A stretch of 64,000 bases of DNA from Bdellovibrionales bacterium (lineage in GTDB: Bacteria; Bdellovibrionota; Bdellovibrionia; Bdellovibrionales; UBA1609). Each line of letters starts with the position of its first letter. Position 1 is the first letter of the stretch. The position numbers and the translations under genes were made by a program. Where the stretch lies: contig OZ241877.1 of assembly GCA_965203095.1 (NCBI GenBank), positions 1,600,001 through 1,664,000 on the forward strand. The letters are read 5' to 3'. A model generated the notes under the pieces. The model had not been told where the DNA came from. It worked only from the letters and a program-made list of their open reading frames with translations, and did no database searches. Shown here in pieces: positions 9,234-19,147 of this stretch.

Positions 9234-9320
9234 TAGTTTCTCGTGAAAAGGCTAAAAAATGATTCTGTCAGCAAAATCATGAACACATACAGGAATGACT
9301 TGCTTTTTCACGGGCAACTA
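9234..9320. repeat. Short coreless element with the same inverted ends
   Basis: TAGTTTCTCGTGAAAAG ... CTTTTTCACGGGCAACTA; contains a second copy of the 8831-8850 sequence. Confidence 0.6.
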
Positions 9321-9561
9321 CTTATACAGTATCAGTATCTCAACAAAAAAGATGGAAAACTCCAACCTATCAGTTGACTATCCCCATTTATTAGGGAGAG
9401 ATTAAGGGATATATGTCCTATTTTAAAATTTTTTTAAAATCTTGGTTTTTTATCCGCTCTATAATTTGGTCTTATCCATTGGTAAAAGCTCACATCATCA
9501 CCGGCTTTTATCTCCAAAATAGAGCAAAGGGCAGAATTTGAACCATCGGTAGGCTATATTT

Positions 9562-10875
9562 ATGAAAAAAACAAAATCTTTAAATATCTTTAAAAATATT
9601 TTTAAGTCTTACTTCAGCACAGAGGCGGTCAGTAGTCTGGTTTTGCTATTTTTTGCCGGTTTGGCCTTGTTTTTAGCCAACTCGGAATGGCGGGAGTTTT
9701 ACAAAACCCTGGTGCACTATCCTCTGTCTTTCCATTTAGGAAATTTTGCTATCAAAACCAACTTCCACAGCATCATCAATGAAGGTTTAATGTCCCTTTT
9801 CTTTTTTGTTGTGGGTATGGAGATCAAAAGGGAGTTTATGGAAGGGGAGCTTTCCTCTGGCAAAAAAGCCGTTTTCCCTTTATTAGCCGCTGTGGGGGGA
9901 AGTTTGGTTCCCGCCCTTATCTTCTATTTTTGCAATCAAAACCTCCCTACAGAAAAAGGCTGGGGAATCCCCATGGCTACAGATATTGCCTTTGCTGTGG
10001 GCGTGATGAGTCTTCTCAGCCATAAGGTCCCCTTTGCTTTAAAAATCTTTTTGCTCTCTGTGGCTATTATTGACGACATCATTGCTGTTCTTGTAATTGC
10101 CCTTTTTTACAGCCAAAGTATATCGGGGCCTTTTTTAGCCCTCAGCTCTGCAATCTGTTTTGGAGTTTTTTTGTATTTCAAAATGCGGTTAAACAATGGC
10201 CTGCTTTTAACCGCCTTAGCCATTGGCCTGTGGGTTTGCTTACACAACAGTGGTATTCACACCACCTTAAGCGGGGTGATCCTCGGTTGCCTTATCCCCT
10301 TTAAAAACCGATGGACAGAGCAACAGGCATTGAGTGCGGCCACAAAAAGCCTCTCTAAAAAAGAAAAAAGCTCTTTTTCTGAATTAAAAAATATCAAGAA
10401 CATACTTATTGAGACCAAGTCCCCCCTTCAAAGGTTAATATCCCTTTATCACCCTTATGTGAGCTATATCATTATTCCTCTTTTTGCCTTTGCCAATGCG
10501 GGAATTGAGCTGAGTGGCATAGATTTTCTCAAATGGGGGCAAAGCCCTGTATCTTACGGGGTTCTGATAGGGCTTTGTTTGGGCAAACCTTTGGGTATTA
10601 CTTTGTTTTCCTATTTGGCCTGCGTTATGAAGCTTTCAGAACGGCCACAAAATGTGTCTTGGGTGCAAATTATTTCCACAGGTTTTTTAGCGGGTATAGG
10701 TTTTACTATGTCTTTATTTATTTTGAACCTTTGCTTCAGCCCTTCGGCTCCGGCCTATATGAATGCCAAAATCAGTATTCTCACGGCCTCTTCCCTCTCT
10801 GCCTTTTTAGGACTTGTGCTTTTAGCGATGGGTAAAACCATCTCTCTCAACCAAAGGAAAAAGCCAGTCTCCTGA
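9562..10875 (+). CDS. nhaA: Na+/H+ antiporter NhaA
   Basis: INEGLMSLFFFVVGMEIKRE, GWGIPMATDIAF, AIIDD, PLFAFANAG, GIGFTMSLFI. Confidence 0.96.
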   Translation: MKKTKSLNIFKNIFKSYFSTEAVSSLVLLFFAGLALFLANSEWREFYKTLVHYPLSFHLGNFAIKTNFHSIINEGLMSLFFFVVGMEIKREFMEGELSSGKKAVFPLLAAVGGSLVPALIFYFCNQNLPTEKGWGIPMATDIAFAVGVMSLLSHKVPFALKIFLLSVAIIDDIIAVLVIALFYSQSISGPFLALSSAICFGVFLYFKMRLNNGLLLTALAIGLWVCLHNSGIHTTLSGVILGCLIPFKNRWTEQQALSAATKSLSKKEKSSFSELKNIKNILIETKSPLQRLISLYHPYVSYIIIPLFAFANAGIELSGIDFLKWGQSPVSYGVLIGLCLGKPLGITLFSYLACVMKLSERPQNVSWVQIISTGFLAGIGFTMSLFILNLCFSPSAPAYMNAKISILTASSLSAFLGLVLLAMGKTISLNQRKKPVS

Positions 10876-10888
10876 TAAGATTCCCAAC

Positions 10889-11944
10889 TTGGGATCAAAA
10901 ATCATTAAAGTTTTATTGCTTTTGAGCCGATACTGTTCATGTATGTTTTTGATATTAATTTTAAAATCCGTTTTTTTTATCAGCTCAGTTTTTGCTAACA
11001 CAATGATAGAGCTGGGGGCCACTACGGGCATTGCCAATAGCCTTTCTCAACCTGCGGTCCATCAGCCCACAACAGCTATAAAAAAAGCTCAACAGGCGGT
11101 GCAAAAGTATGAAAAGGCTCAGCAAAATCGTTTGCCTCAGTCCAGTTCTTCTTCTCAGTTAGAGCCTAATGTGCCATCAGGGCCTTTGCCAATAGCTGGA
11201 GTAGCCAACATGTCAAGTGAAACAGGAGAAAAGGCCAAAGCCCCAGGCTCTGCCGTTGTGGGAGATAGTCCGGCACAAAATGAAGTGCCAAGGTCTGCCG
11301 TTGTGGGGGAGGGTCCGTCACAAAATGAGGTGCCAAAGTCTGCCGTTATGGGAGATAGTCCGTCACAAAATGAAGTGCCAAGGTCTGCCGTTGTGGGAGA
11401 TAGTCCGGCACAAAATGAAGTATCAAAATCTGCTGTTATGGGGGATAGTCCAGCACAAGCTGAGGTGCCAAAGTCTGCCGTTGTGGGAGATAGTCCGGCA
11501 CAAAATGAGGTGCCAAGGTCTGCTGTTATGGAAAGAGGTCCAGCACAAGCTGAGGTGCCAAGGTCTGCCGTTGTGGGAGATAGTCCTTCACAAAATGAAG
11601 ATCCCAGTGAAAACCCTCTGATAAAAGAAGAGGAATCAGCTAAATCGGAAATATTTTTTACTGAGGAGCCAACGGATGTAGAAGAATCCTCTTTAGATGA
11701 ATCTCAAAAAGAGGAGCAGGACCAACTGGCCCATCGGTTAAAGCAAAACAAGGCAGAAGAAGCCAATCCTGTAGACTATAAAGCAGATGTGCAGATTTTT
11801 TATAAAAGAAAGTGCCAAAACAATCAGAAAAACTGCAACAGAGGGCCTATCTTTACCAATATAAAAAGTGTGATTTTTAATTATAATCGCACTCAGGAAA
11901 GGAACTTAGCTCAGGCAAAAAAGAAGAAAAAAGCAAATCAGTAA
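10889..11944 (+). CDS. Hypothetical exported protein with eight 15-aa tandem repeats
   Basis: Signal-like hydrophobic segment (true start probably the ATG about 18 codons in), low-complexity region, repeats of SAVVGDSPAQNEVPR. Confidence 0.7.
   Translation: MGSKIIKVLLLLSRYCSCMFLILILKSVFFISSVFANTMIELGATTGIANSLSQPAVHQPTTAIKKAQQAVQKYEKAQQNRLPQSSSSSQLEPNVPSGPLPIAGVANMSSETGEKAKAPGSAVVGDSPAQNEVPRSAVVGEGPSQNEVPKSAVMGDSPSQNEVPRSAVVGDSPAQNEVSKSAVMGDSPAQAEVPKSAVVGDSPAQNEVPRSAVMERGPAQAEVPRSAVVGDSPSQNEDPSENPLIKEEESAKSEIFFTEEPTDVEESSLDESQKEEQDQLAHRLKQNKAEEANPVDYKADVQIFYKRKCQNNQKNCNRGPIFTNIKSVIFNYNRTQERNLAQAKKKKKANQ
11249..11600 (+). repeat. 45-bp coding tandem repeat x8
   Basis: TCTGCCGTTGTGGGAGATAGTCCGGCACAAAATGAAGTGCCAAGG and variants. 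Confidence 0.93.
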
Positions 11945-13050
11945 ATTGAGCGGGTATTACTCAAGTCAAAATCTTTTTTAATTTCCGGTATTTTTTTAGG
12001 AAGAGTTTTCATTGTATTCAACCAAAGCTCCGGTGTCTCCATACAGAGGAAGATAGGCCACTTAGAAGAATACTTTTGGAATCGGTTTTTGACATATTCA
12101 AACATTTCCTGGCGAACTTCTTGATCATAGCGGAGCTTTCCATCAGCTGAGCGAAAAAACTCTCCCCTACAAATCAGGCTTTTCATCCCAAACCTTTGCC
12201 TCATAATGGCTTTTTGCTTGGGCGAAAACCGCAAAGCACCCAGAGATATATGCTGTAGCTCCTTAGGTTGGAATTGGCTTGCGATCTGATCCACCAGTGC
12301 CCCGTAATGCTTTTTCCATTCCGGAAAACGGATTAAAGGGTCAATATGAAAGGAGATTTTAAAGCCTTTGTTCTTCAGTTTCCGGCCAGCAGATAATCTT
12401 TGTTTAAGGGAGCTGGTGCCATGCTCTTCTTTTTGAACAATAAACTCTGGATTGACAGACCAACTCACCACCACATTTCCTGCATGTGGGCTGTTTTCAA
12501 AATTTTTTATGTTATCGGATTTGGTTTTAAATTCTAACAGCCAGTGAGGGCAATTTTTAAAAAAATCAATAAGCTTTGTGGAATAAAGGCTCAGGTCGTC
12601 CAAACTGAGGCTATCGGTTTGCTCCCCAGTGCCTATGCGAATGTAAGTGTGGCCTTGTTTTTTTCTCAGCTCCCTCAGTTCTTGAAAGGCTTTTTCAATA
12701 TTGGTATAAATGACAACTGCTGGTAAATTGATAAAGGATTGAAGGAAGCAATAAGAGCAGTCCATCTCGCAGTTTTGCCCTAAGTTGAGAACAAAGTAAT
12801 TGCAACACATTAGCTTGGGTTTGGCCCCGGGGCATCTTTTAAAAAAAGAACCTTTAAATTCTTTTAGAAAAAGCGTTTTTTTAGCCTTCCTCCAATTTTT
12901 TGCGGGAATAGCCCCTACTTTAAAAAAATCTTCTGAAACGATTTGAATTTTGTTTTTAGGAAAAATCTTTAAAGCCCTTTTCGCCACAGCACTTTTTCGG
13001 GCTGTTTTAGAAATATAAACTTTGTCAAAAATTTTTAAATGTTTCGTCAT
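11938..13050 (-). CDS. Radical SAM protein, spore photoproduct lyase (SplB)-like
   Basis: CEMDCSYC (CxxxCxxC), GTGEQTDSL, EFKTKS, SWSVNP, CME near the C-terminus. Confidence 0.85.
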   Translation of the reverse strand: MTKHLKIFDKVYISKTARKSAVAKRALKIFPKNKIQIVSEDFFKVGAIPAKNWRKAKKTLFLKEFKGSFFKRCPGAKPKLMCCNYFVLNLGQNCEMDCSYCFLQSFINLPAVVIYTNIEKAFQELRELRKKQGHTYIRIGTGEQTDSLSLDDLSLYSTKLIDFFKNCPHWLLEFKTKSDNIKNFENSPHAGNVVVSWSVNPEFIVQKEEHGTSSLKQRLSAGRKLKNKGFKISFHIDPLIRFPEWKKHYGALVDQIASQFQPKELQHISLGALRFSPKQKAIMRQRFGMKSLICRGEFFRSADGKLRYDQEVRQEMFEYVKNRFQKYSSKWPIFLCMETPELWLNTMKTLPKKIPEIKKDFDLSNTRSIY

Positions 13051-13055
13051 AATAT

Positions 13056-15344
13056 TTAAGGGCAGGTAATAAGGGAATTGCCGGTGTCTTTATCTTTTAA
13101 AGGTTCAGGTAGCTTGTTAGTATCTAAAGCATCTAAGCTGGCCGGCCTTTGCGGAGGCTTAGCCGTTTGCAGTAGGGAGGAGAGCTGAACTCCAAACTCT
13201 TTCATTCTCTCACCAAAATGATTATCACAGAGATCCACCTCATAGCCCATTGCTTTTTTTGTATTCATCAAGTTCACAAATCTTCTCATGGATGCAGGAA
13301 CAGGTTTTTGAATTCCGTTTTCGCAATTAGCACCCCCATAGTTTGTTTTACTATTACTGTCATTGACAGCAATAAAGGCGATGGTTTTTTGAGGGTTGCG
13401 ATTAAGCTTCGAACTGCTAAATAAGAAATCTATCATTCCTTGGTGGTTGTTATCATAATCGTCTTCATCCGTTAAAAAATACAGGGCCAAAACTGCCTGG
13501 GATCTAAAAAATCCTGGGAGACTGCTTTTAATTCTCATAACAGGTCGAAAAAGTCGTTCATCCTGTGAGCCTTCAGTTCCGGCATTCTTAATTGCTTTCT
13601 TTAATCTGTCCTGGATTTGTGTAATGCTGGCCTTTCGCCCCCGGCAATTGGGTTTATTGCACAAAAAACTTCCCGATAAAAGATTTTTATTATCTGTGGT
13701 GACTACAGCAATATGGGTATCCACTTCATCATTTAAAAACTCTTCAAAAAACTGGATTAAATTTTTGGCCAAGTTTTCTTGTTCATGTTTCATACTTCTA
13801 GAATTGTCTATCACAAAAACCATATCCAATTTTGCTGACCTATCCTCAGCTTGGCAAAAAAGGCTTTTGTCTGTCACTTCAAAGCGACCAGTTTTTGAAT
13901 TGCAAACAGCAGTGTAAATGGTAGGGGATCTGCCATTAAAATCATACATAAATCTTAAAGGAGCACCATGGGCCACTCTTGTTCCAATCTGATGTTTATA
14001 AATCTCTTTAATATGTATGCTTTTGTTGGGAATAGGCCCTTCACCGTCCGAACTAATGCCCGGAGTAAGAGTAATATTTCCACCAGAACTGCAAGAAAAT
14101 TTATTAGAGGGATATTCAGGAACACATCTATTGTTGCTTTTTTTCACCCGGCCCCAAACATTTTTTGTCTCTCCAGTTAAAGGGGCTTTATCGCATGTTG
14201 CACCCATAATATGCCATTTACCAGAGTAATCACAAAGGGCGTATATAGAGAGATAGCCAAAATGATTTCCTTTTATGGAAACTTCTTTGGGCCTTGCGAA
14301 AGTATCTCCATAATCTCCCTCTGGAAGGGAAATTCTTCCAGAAATCTCCGCCCGCCCTTTCCCCTGACATATAGCCTGCATATCAGGAGAGTAGCTCCCC
14401 ACTGGATCCTCATTTTTATCTTTTTTGCAATAGGGTTTCAGATCAATAGAGCATTTGGGATGAGATAAAACTTCGGCCTGGCACCAACTTTTTTTGTTTT
14501 TTCTGCATTTCACTGTTTGCCCCTGTTTGCTCCCTCCAGAGCAATCCTTGTTTGAGGAAAGCGATCGATACTTCTCATCCCCTGTGGAATAAACCGAATC
14601 CGCACAGGAGTTATAACACCAAAGGCTATTGTTCCAATCCCCTTTATGGCAGTAAGTGTGAGACAAACAAGAAAGACTTCGCCCATCGTCATAAGAGTTT
14701 AAAGTGAGAGTTTTATAGCTTTTTCCATGGGGGCCAGGGTTTTCAATTAAGCTGGAAGTAATAGGGTTGAGACTGGACTGATCATAAGTGAGAATATGCT
14801 TAACCCCTCCTTTGCAAATTTGGGTGGATTCTGAACTTTTAAGGCAGTTGGAGATTTTTCCTTGGTTATCCCTTACAACTTCTATATAAGAGCTTTTTTC
14901 CCTTTTTTGCAAATCCCCTTGGACCTTAGCACTTAAAGTCCATTGGATGTGGGCCAGATCCATATTGTTTTTCAAAGGGAAAAAGGAGACTTCAATATCC
15001 CCGTTAAGATTTTGTTTCCAATCTTTAAAAAGGCCCTTGGCTTTTGATGGGGCATGGAGGTCCAAATCAATGCTCAATTCCGCTCCAGGGATTCCGGAAG
15101 ATTCTGCTTTTTTCATGGTCTCGGCACAAAAGTCTGGGTTTTTAAAAAACTTTTCTATAAAATGGCTGGTTTCCTCTTGAGATATATAGCCCTCTGAGTG
15201 CTGAATGGTTTTTAAATAAAGGTGAAGGTAGCCTAAGGACATAAAAGCCACAACAGAGGCCACCACAGTGCCCACTATCAACTCTATAAGAGAGAAACCA
15301 CTTTCTTTTTTTAAGGGTAATGGCATGAGGTTTTTAAACTCCAA
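13056..15344 (-). CDS. Large modular type IV pilin-like protein with Cys-rich middle region and C-terminal VWA domain
   Basis: Class III signal G|FSLIELIVG; LDMVFVIDNSRSM (MIDAS DxSxS), IAVVTTD, LTDEDD. Confidence 0.8.
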   Translation of the reverse strand: MEFKNLMPLPLKKESGFSLIELIVGTVVASVVAFMSLGYLHLYLKTIQHSEGYISQEETSHFIEKFFKNPDFCAETMKKAESSGIPGAELSIDLDLHAPSKAKGLFKDWKQNLNGDIEVSFFPLKNNMDLAHIQWTLSAKVQGDLQKREKSSYIEVVRDNQGKISNCLKSSESTQICKGGVKHILTYDQSSLNPITSSLIENPGPHGKSYKTLTLNSYDDGRSLSCLSHTYCHKGDWNNSLWCYNSCADSVYSTGDEKYRSLSSNKDCSGGSKQGQTVKCRKNKKSWCQAEVLSHPKCSIDLKPYCKKDKNEDPVGSYSPDMQAICQGKGRAEISGRISLPEGDYGDTFARPKEVSIKGNHFGYLSIYALCDYSGKWHIMGATCDKAPLTGETKNVWGRVKKSNNRCVPEYPSNKFSCSSGGNITLTPGISSDGEGPIPNKSIHIKEIYKHQIGTRVAHGAPLRFMYDFNGRSPTIYTAVCNSKTGRFEVTDKSLFCQAEDRSAKLDMVFVIDNSRSMKHEQENLAKNLIQFFEEFLNDEVDTHIAVVTTDNKNLLSGSFLCNKPNCRGRKASITQIQDRLKKAIKNAGTEGSQDERLFRPVMRIKSSLPGFFRSQAVLALYFLTDEDDYDNNHQGMIDFLFSSSKLNRNPQKTIAFIAVNDSNSKTNYGGANCENGIQKPVPASMRRFVNLMNTKKAMGYEVDLCDNHFGERMKEFGVQLSSLLQTAKPPQRPASLDALDTNKLPEPLKDKDTGNSLITCP

Positions 15345-16189
15345 TTGTATTCAAAGTCACAAATCCCGATGGCTTTTGCAACAGTCTTTTCCCCCTGGCA
15401 ATCGCTTTGCACTCGGGTTTTTTCAGGATCTTCTCTGGTTTCGGTCAAGCCAACCTGCTCCGGATCTCCTGGGCGGGCTTTTTCAGTATAATCTTTTCCC
15501 ACTTTAAATTTTCCTCCATGTTTTTGCGGGTCAAGAGTTAAATTATAAATGTATCTGCAACAGATCACTGTGATATTTTGTTTTTCACAGTTCAGTTTTT
15601 GAGTTTGTTCTTCAGAAGTGGAGCAGGTTTGGATTCGCCCTGATTTTTTTGCGATATAAATAGGGGCATAGATAAAAAACTGCTCTTTTCCTTTTGAAAA
15701 ATGCATTCGCATTGTGGCCACACTGTGGAACAAACCAGATTTTTGAGGGTGCTCCTCTCGGTCTAAAGAGAGGTTTTTAACCGCTTGGCTTTTGTAATCC
15801 TTATAGTTTTCAGGAGGTTGTTCTATGATTTTTATGGCTTTAACTCTGAGATTGGTTTTTTCATAAAAGCCTGATTTTTTATAAAAATCCTTATCGCTAA
15901 CTGAAAGATCAAGAATAGTTTTCCCGTCAAAACCTTTAATTAAAGTCACATCTTGATTTGTGTTTTTAAAAGTGTTCCGGCAAGCCTTTTCATTCAGTAA
16001 GCTATTCAAAATGATTTGCTTGAGTTTTCCTTGGCTGAGCTGTTGTTTTCGGGTTTTTTCCATCTCCATAAAAGAGTTAATGTTTTTGTGCAGGTTTAAA
16101 AGTAAAAATTCTACAAACAGGGCTACAAGTAAGACTGACAAAATAGTAAAAACTCCCTTTTCTGATTTTATCAAGCTTTTCATAAACAT
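15311..16189 (-). CDS. Minor pilin-like protein (lacks Glu5; PilX/GspK-type)
   Basis: EKG|VFTILSVLLVAL N-terminus; within the pilin operon; paired Cys. Confidence 0.6.
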   Translation of the reverse strand: MFMKSLIKSEKGVFTILSVLLVALFVEFLLLNLHKNINSFMEMEKTRKQQLSQGKLKQIILNSLLNEKACRNTFKNTNQDVTLIKGFDGKTILDLSVSDKDFYKKSGFYEKTNLRVKAIKIIEQPPENYKDYKSQAVKNLSLDREEHPQKSGLFHSVATMRMHFSKGKEQFFIYAPIYIAKKSGRIQTCSTSEEQTQKLNCEKQNITVICCRYIYNLTLDPQKHGGKFKVGKDYTEKARPGDPEQVGLTETREDPEKTRVQSDCQGEKTVAKAIGICDFEYNWSLKTSCHYP

Positions 16190-16204
16190 TTTTACCTCTA
16201 CTCA

Positions 16205-17164
16205 CTACGGAGTTGTGGAGCCTCTTTCTAAACAGATCAGGCTCTCTTGCCAAACGCCATCTCGGCAGTAAAAATTAAAGTTGCAGGCACAAAAATCTGT
16301 GACCCGCTCATACTGAAGAGTTTCTCCTGAAAGGCCTTTTTCCAAAGAGATTGAGATAGAGGGTGGGTTTAAAGGGTTGAGGCTTTTATCTGTGCAACTG
16401 ATCACAACAGTTTTATTTTTATCAGGTTTTCTTACTGTCATAAAAACTTTTTTTGTTTCTGCCAAGCAGGCGGGAGGTGTTAAGTGACAGCCTGCAATGA
16501 CTCCGTTTTTTAAAACTGTATAAATTTTAAGAGTTCTTTCAAACTCCCCTTTGTGGCTGTCTTTTAAATCTTCCATCCTTTCAGATACTCTTTTGCTTTT
16601 GGCCGGAGTTTTTTTTGATCTTCGAGAGTAAAAAATGATTTTAAGCCGGGCATGAGAATCAAAAACAGGGTCCTTTTCTAAACTCATGGATTTGATGGAA
16701 ATGTGGGAATCTTTTAAAACGGTATCCACGGGTTCATATTTGCTGGCCCCATAAGTTTTTTGAGAGACCTGATCTTTAACCGCATATAGGATATGGTATT
16801 CGTAAATGGGTTTTCCCTGAGCGTCTATTTTTCCCCGATGAGTCACAGGATCTATAAGGGGCCGGCGGATTTTAATTTCCGGAGCACTGTTGTCTGTTCT
16901 CTTAATGCCGGTATCTGCTGTGTTGACATATTGAGAATCTAATTTATCGCCTATAAGGCTATCACAATTCCCGTAAGACAAAATGCGATGGACACGATTA
17001 AAGTGCTGATCGATAATTCGAGAATCCATTACATATTGCAAACTGGAAATATGTCGGGCGGAGCGGGCAGTAATAGCAATAATTAAGCTCATAAGGGCTA
17101 AGCCTCCAAGGGCCTCAACGATTGACATTCCTGAAGAGTTTGAAATGTGGCTTGGCTTTTCCAT
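16205..17164 (-). CDS. Minor pilin-like protein
   Basis: SG|MSIVEALGGLALMSLII prepilin motif. Confidence 0.7.
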   Translation of the reverse strand: MEKPSHISNSSGMSIVEALGGLALMSLIIAITARSARHISSLQYVMDSRIIDQHFNRVHRILSYGNCDSLIGDKLDSQYVNTADTGIKRTDNSAPEIKIRRPLIDPVTHRGKIDAQGKPIYEYHILYAVKDQVSQKTYGASKYEPVDTVLKDSHISIKSMSLEKDPVFDSHARLKIIFYSRRSKKTPAKSKRVSERMEDLKDSHKGEFERTLKIYTVLKNGVIAGCHLTPPACLAETKKVFMTVRKPDKNKTVVISCTDKSLNPLNPPSISISLEKGLSGETLQYERVTDFCACNFNFYCRDGVWQESLICLERGSTTP

Positions 17165-17176
17165 AATCTATTTGCC

Positions 17177-17683
17177 CTATTGAGAAATGCAATCCGCACT
17201 TTCTGTTTTTGAGCAGTCACTTTGATTGTCCTTAAGCTTTTGCATGCAATTTTGCTCGTTAATAGTGAAATTGGGCAGTGTATTGTTTTGATTTGCTGTG
17301 CCCGCTTTGAAGGAATTATTAGCAGAGTCCACAGTGCAAGAGGATCCCAGTGGCATGTTGACAGTAGCCCCTTTGCTACTGTTGTGAAAGCCCAACTTGT
17401 AGTTTTTAGAATCCCACTTAAAGCCTATATCATCTACAGAGGCAGAGTAATGCCCGTTTTCTATTAAAAAACTTTGTTCCTGCCGGTAAAAATCGGACAA
17501 GCCGTATTTGGCTTCCAAGATTTTAGCAGAACCTTTTATAAAGCCATAGCGAGGCACAGCTATAGCCGATAAGATAATAATGATCACTATTACCACCAAC
17601 ACTTCCACAAGAGAAAAACCCTGCCTTTTGCGGTATTGGTTCTTATTTTGGTGGGCTACTTTTTGAATTTTTTTATTGAACAT
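17177..17683 (-). CDS. Type IV pilin (PilE/PilA-like)
   Basis: QG|FSLVEVLVVIVIIIILSAIAVPRY; EAKYGL; C-terminal Cys pairs. Confidence 0.88.
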   Translation of the reverse strand: MFNKKIQKVAHQNKNQYRKRQGFSLVEVLVVIVIIIILSAIAVPRYGFIKGSAKILEAKYGLSDFYRQEQSFLIENGHYSASVDDIGFKWDSKNYKLGFHNSSKGATVNMPLGSSCTVDSANNSFKAGTANQNNTLPNFTINEQNCMQKLKDNQSDCSKTESADCISQ

Positions 17684-17756
17684 GGCTTGTCCTCAGTTTT
17701 TATTAGCCCTCATATTGTTTGCAGAAGAACCTCCGTTTTCACAAAAACTGGCTTTC

Positions 17757-17914
17757 CTGGATTCCCGTTTTCACGGGAGCTAAAAAGCCTCGTCTTCTTT
17801 TTCCTGCTTTTGTCCAAAGGCCATTCGGTGATGGTCCAAGGTATTGTTATACCGAAATGGAATGGTCCTTTGGACAAAAAAAGTTAAAAAACAAAGGTTT
17901 TTCACGGACAACTA
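17757..17914. mobile_element. MITE-like element copy 4, left end replaced by a dRS3-like palindrome
   Basis: CTGGATTCCCGTTTTCACGGGAGC, then near identity to the 19509 copy, ending TTTTTCACGGACAACTA. Confidence 0.8.
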
Positions 17915-18157
17915 ATTATTATTTTGCCATAATTTTTCAAATTTTCAAGTTTTACTGATTTTATGGGCTGTTTTCATGCAGGAATACGGGAATATACGGG
18001 AATATATACGGGAATAAAGGGGCTTTTTCAGTAAGATCATTTCAAACGGACAAAACTAACAGATAAAAAGATTCCCGTAAAAGGCAGAACAGACGGGCTT
18101 TTTCAAGACTTTGGCCCGTCCCTTTTTTGAATAGATGCTCAATTTATGCAAAAAAAA

Positions 18158-18192
18158 TTGATTTTATTGTGATTTTCTTATAAACTCTGTTT
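18158..18192 (+). promoter_or_regulatory. Putative sigma70 promoter positioned for a leaderless pilin mRNA
   Basis: TTGATT-N17-TAAACT-N6-ATG(18193); no SD motif. Confidence 0.5.
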
Positions 18193-18615
18193 ATGAACAA
18201 GAAATTTGAGCACAAACTTCTAACAGGTAGAGATCATAAAGGCTTTTCATTAGTGGAGTTGCTTGTGGTGATAGCCATTATTGGGATTTTGATCGCTATC
18301 GGAATCCCCGCTTATAAAAATTACAAACAAAATGCTCAAAAAGAAGCGGATGAAGGCACTCTTAGAAATTTAAACAATGCGGCTCTTGTGTTGGACGCTA
18401 CAGAACAAAGTATTACTGCTATGTCTTTAGCCAAAGCAGTTAAAAATGTGGATCAAGGAGACATTAGCCAAGTGGGCTGGAGGAAAAACAGTGAGACATG
18501 GTGCATTCAATACACTAACCCTAAGACTCAGAAAAAAAACTGTGTCAATGAAGAGGGGACTGTGGATACTGGTAAAACAACATGTAATACATCGCATCCT
18601 TATAATTGCCATTGA
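18193..18615 (+). CDS. Type IV pilin (probable major pilin)
   Basis: [26 protein letters not shown]; 140 aa; C-terminal Cys. Confidence 0.9.
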   Translation: MNKKFEHKLLTGRDHKGFSLVELLVVIAIIGILIAIGIPAYKNYKQNAQKEADEGTLRNLNNAALVLDATEQSITAMSLAKAVKNVDQGDISQVGWRKNSETWCIQYTNPKTQKKNCVNEEGTVDTGKTTCNTSHPYNCH

Positions 18616-18634
18616 TAAAGAGTTTCCTCAATTT

Positions 18635-19138
18635 TTAATCTCTCCATAACTTTTCCGGACCTTCACTTGTTTTTTTGGCGATAGAATGCAGTTGTTGTAT
18701 TTTTTGTTTCAACTCCCTCAATGAAAAGCTGTGGAATTGAACAAAAAGCCCAGCTCTGTCATTTTGGCGGATCCACTGGATTTTTATGGAGGAAGAAGCA
18801 CTCAGCCGGCGGGCTATTTTCGCCCGTTTTTCATCCCTTCCATTGATTTCCGCCTGCCTTAATTTTTTTAAGCCTTTAATCAGCAAAGAGGCTTTTTTCT
18901 CTTTTAATAAGGAAGGCTCAACCCCATGGCCCATCAAAAGCCACTCTCCGCCCAGGTCTAAAATTTGCACTCCTTCAGAATGAGAGGGCCTTTGCTGGGC
19001 TATCCATTCCAACAAAGGTTCAAAGGTTTTTGGTTTTTGAAATTCTGTTAAAATCTCTAACTCTTTTGGGCTGAGTTTTTTGTCCTTAACCCATTTTTGA
19101 AAATCAGGAAACTGATTGAGGATGAATGATAGTTCCAT
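18635..19138 (-). CDS. Hypothetical protein
   Basis: 167-aa ORF directly downstream of secG on the same strand. Confidence 0.65.
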   Translation of the reverse strand: MELSFILNQFPDFQKWVKDKKLSPKELEILTEFQKPKTFEPLLEWIAQQRPSHSEGVQILDLGGEWLLMGHGVEPSLLKEKKASLLIKGLKKLRQAEINGRDEKRAKIARRLSASSSIKIQWIRQNDRAGLFVQFHSFSLRELKQKIQQLHSIAKKTSEGPEKLWRD

Positions 19139-19147
19139 TAGGGCTTA

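Noticed and set aside
8805..9246. Short ORFs (MDSRFHGND.../WIPVFTGT...) in several frames
   Set aside because: They are translation shadows of the tandem palindrome array.
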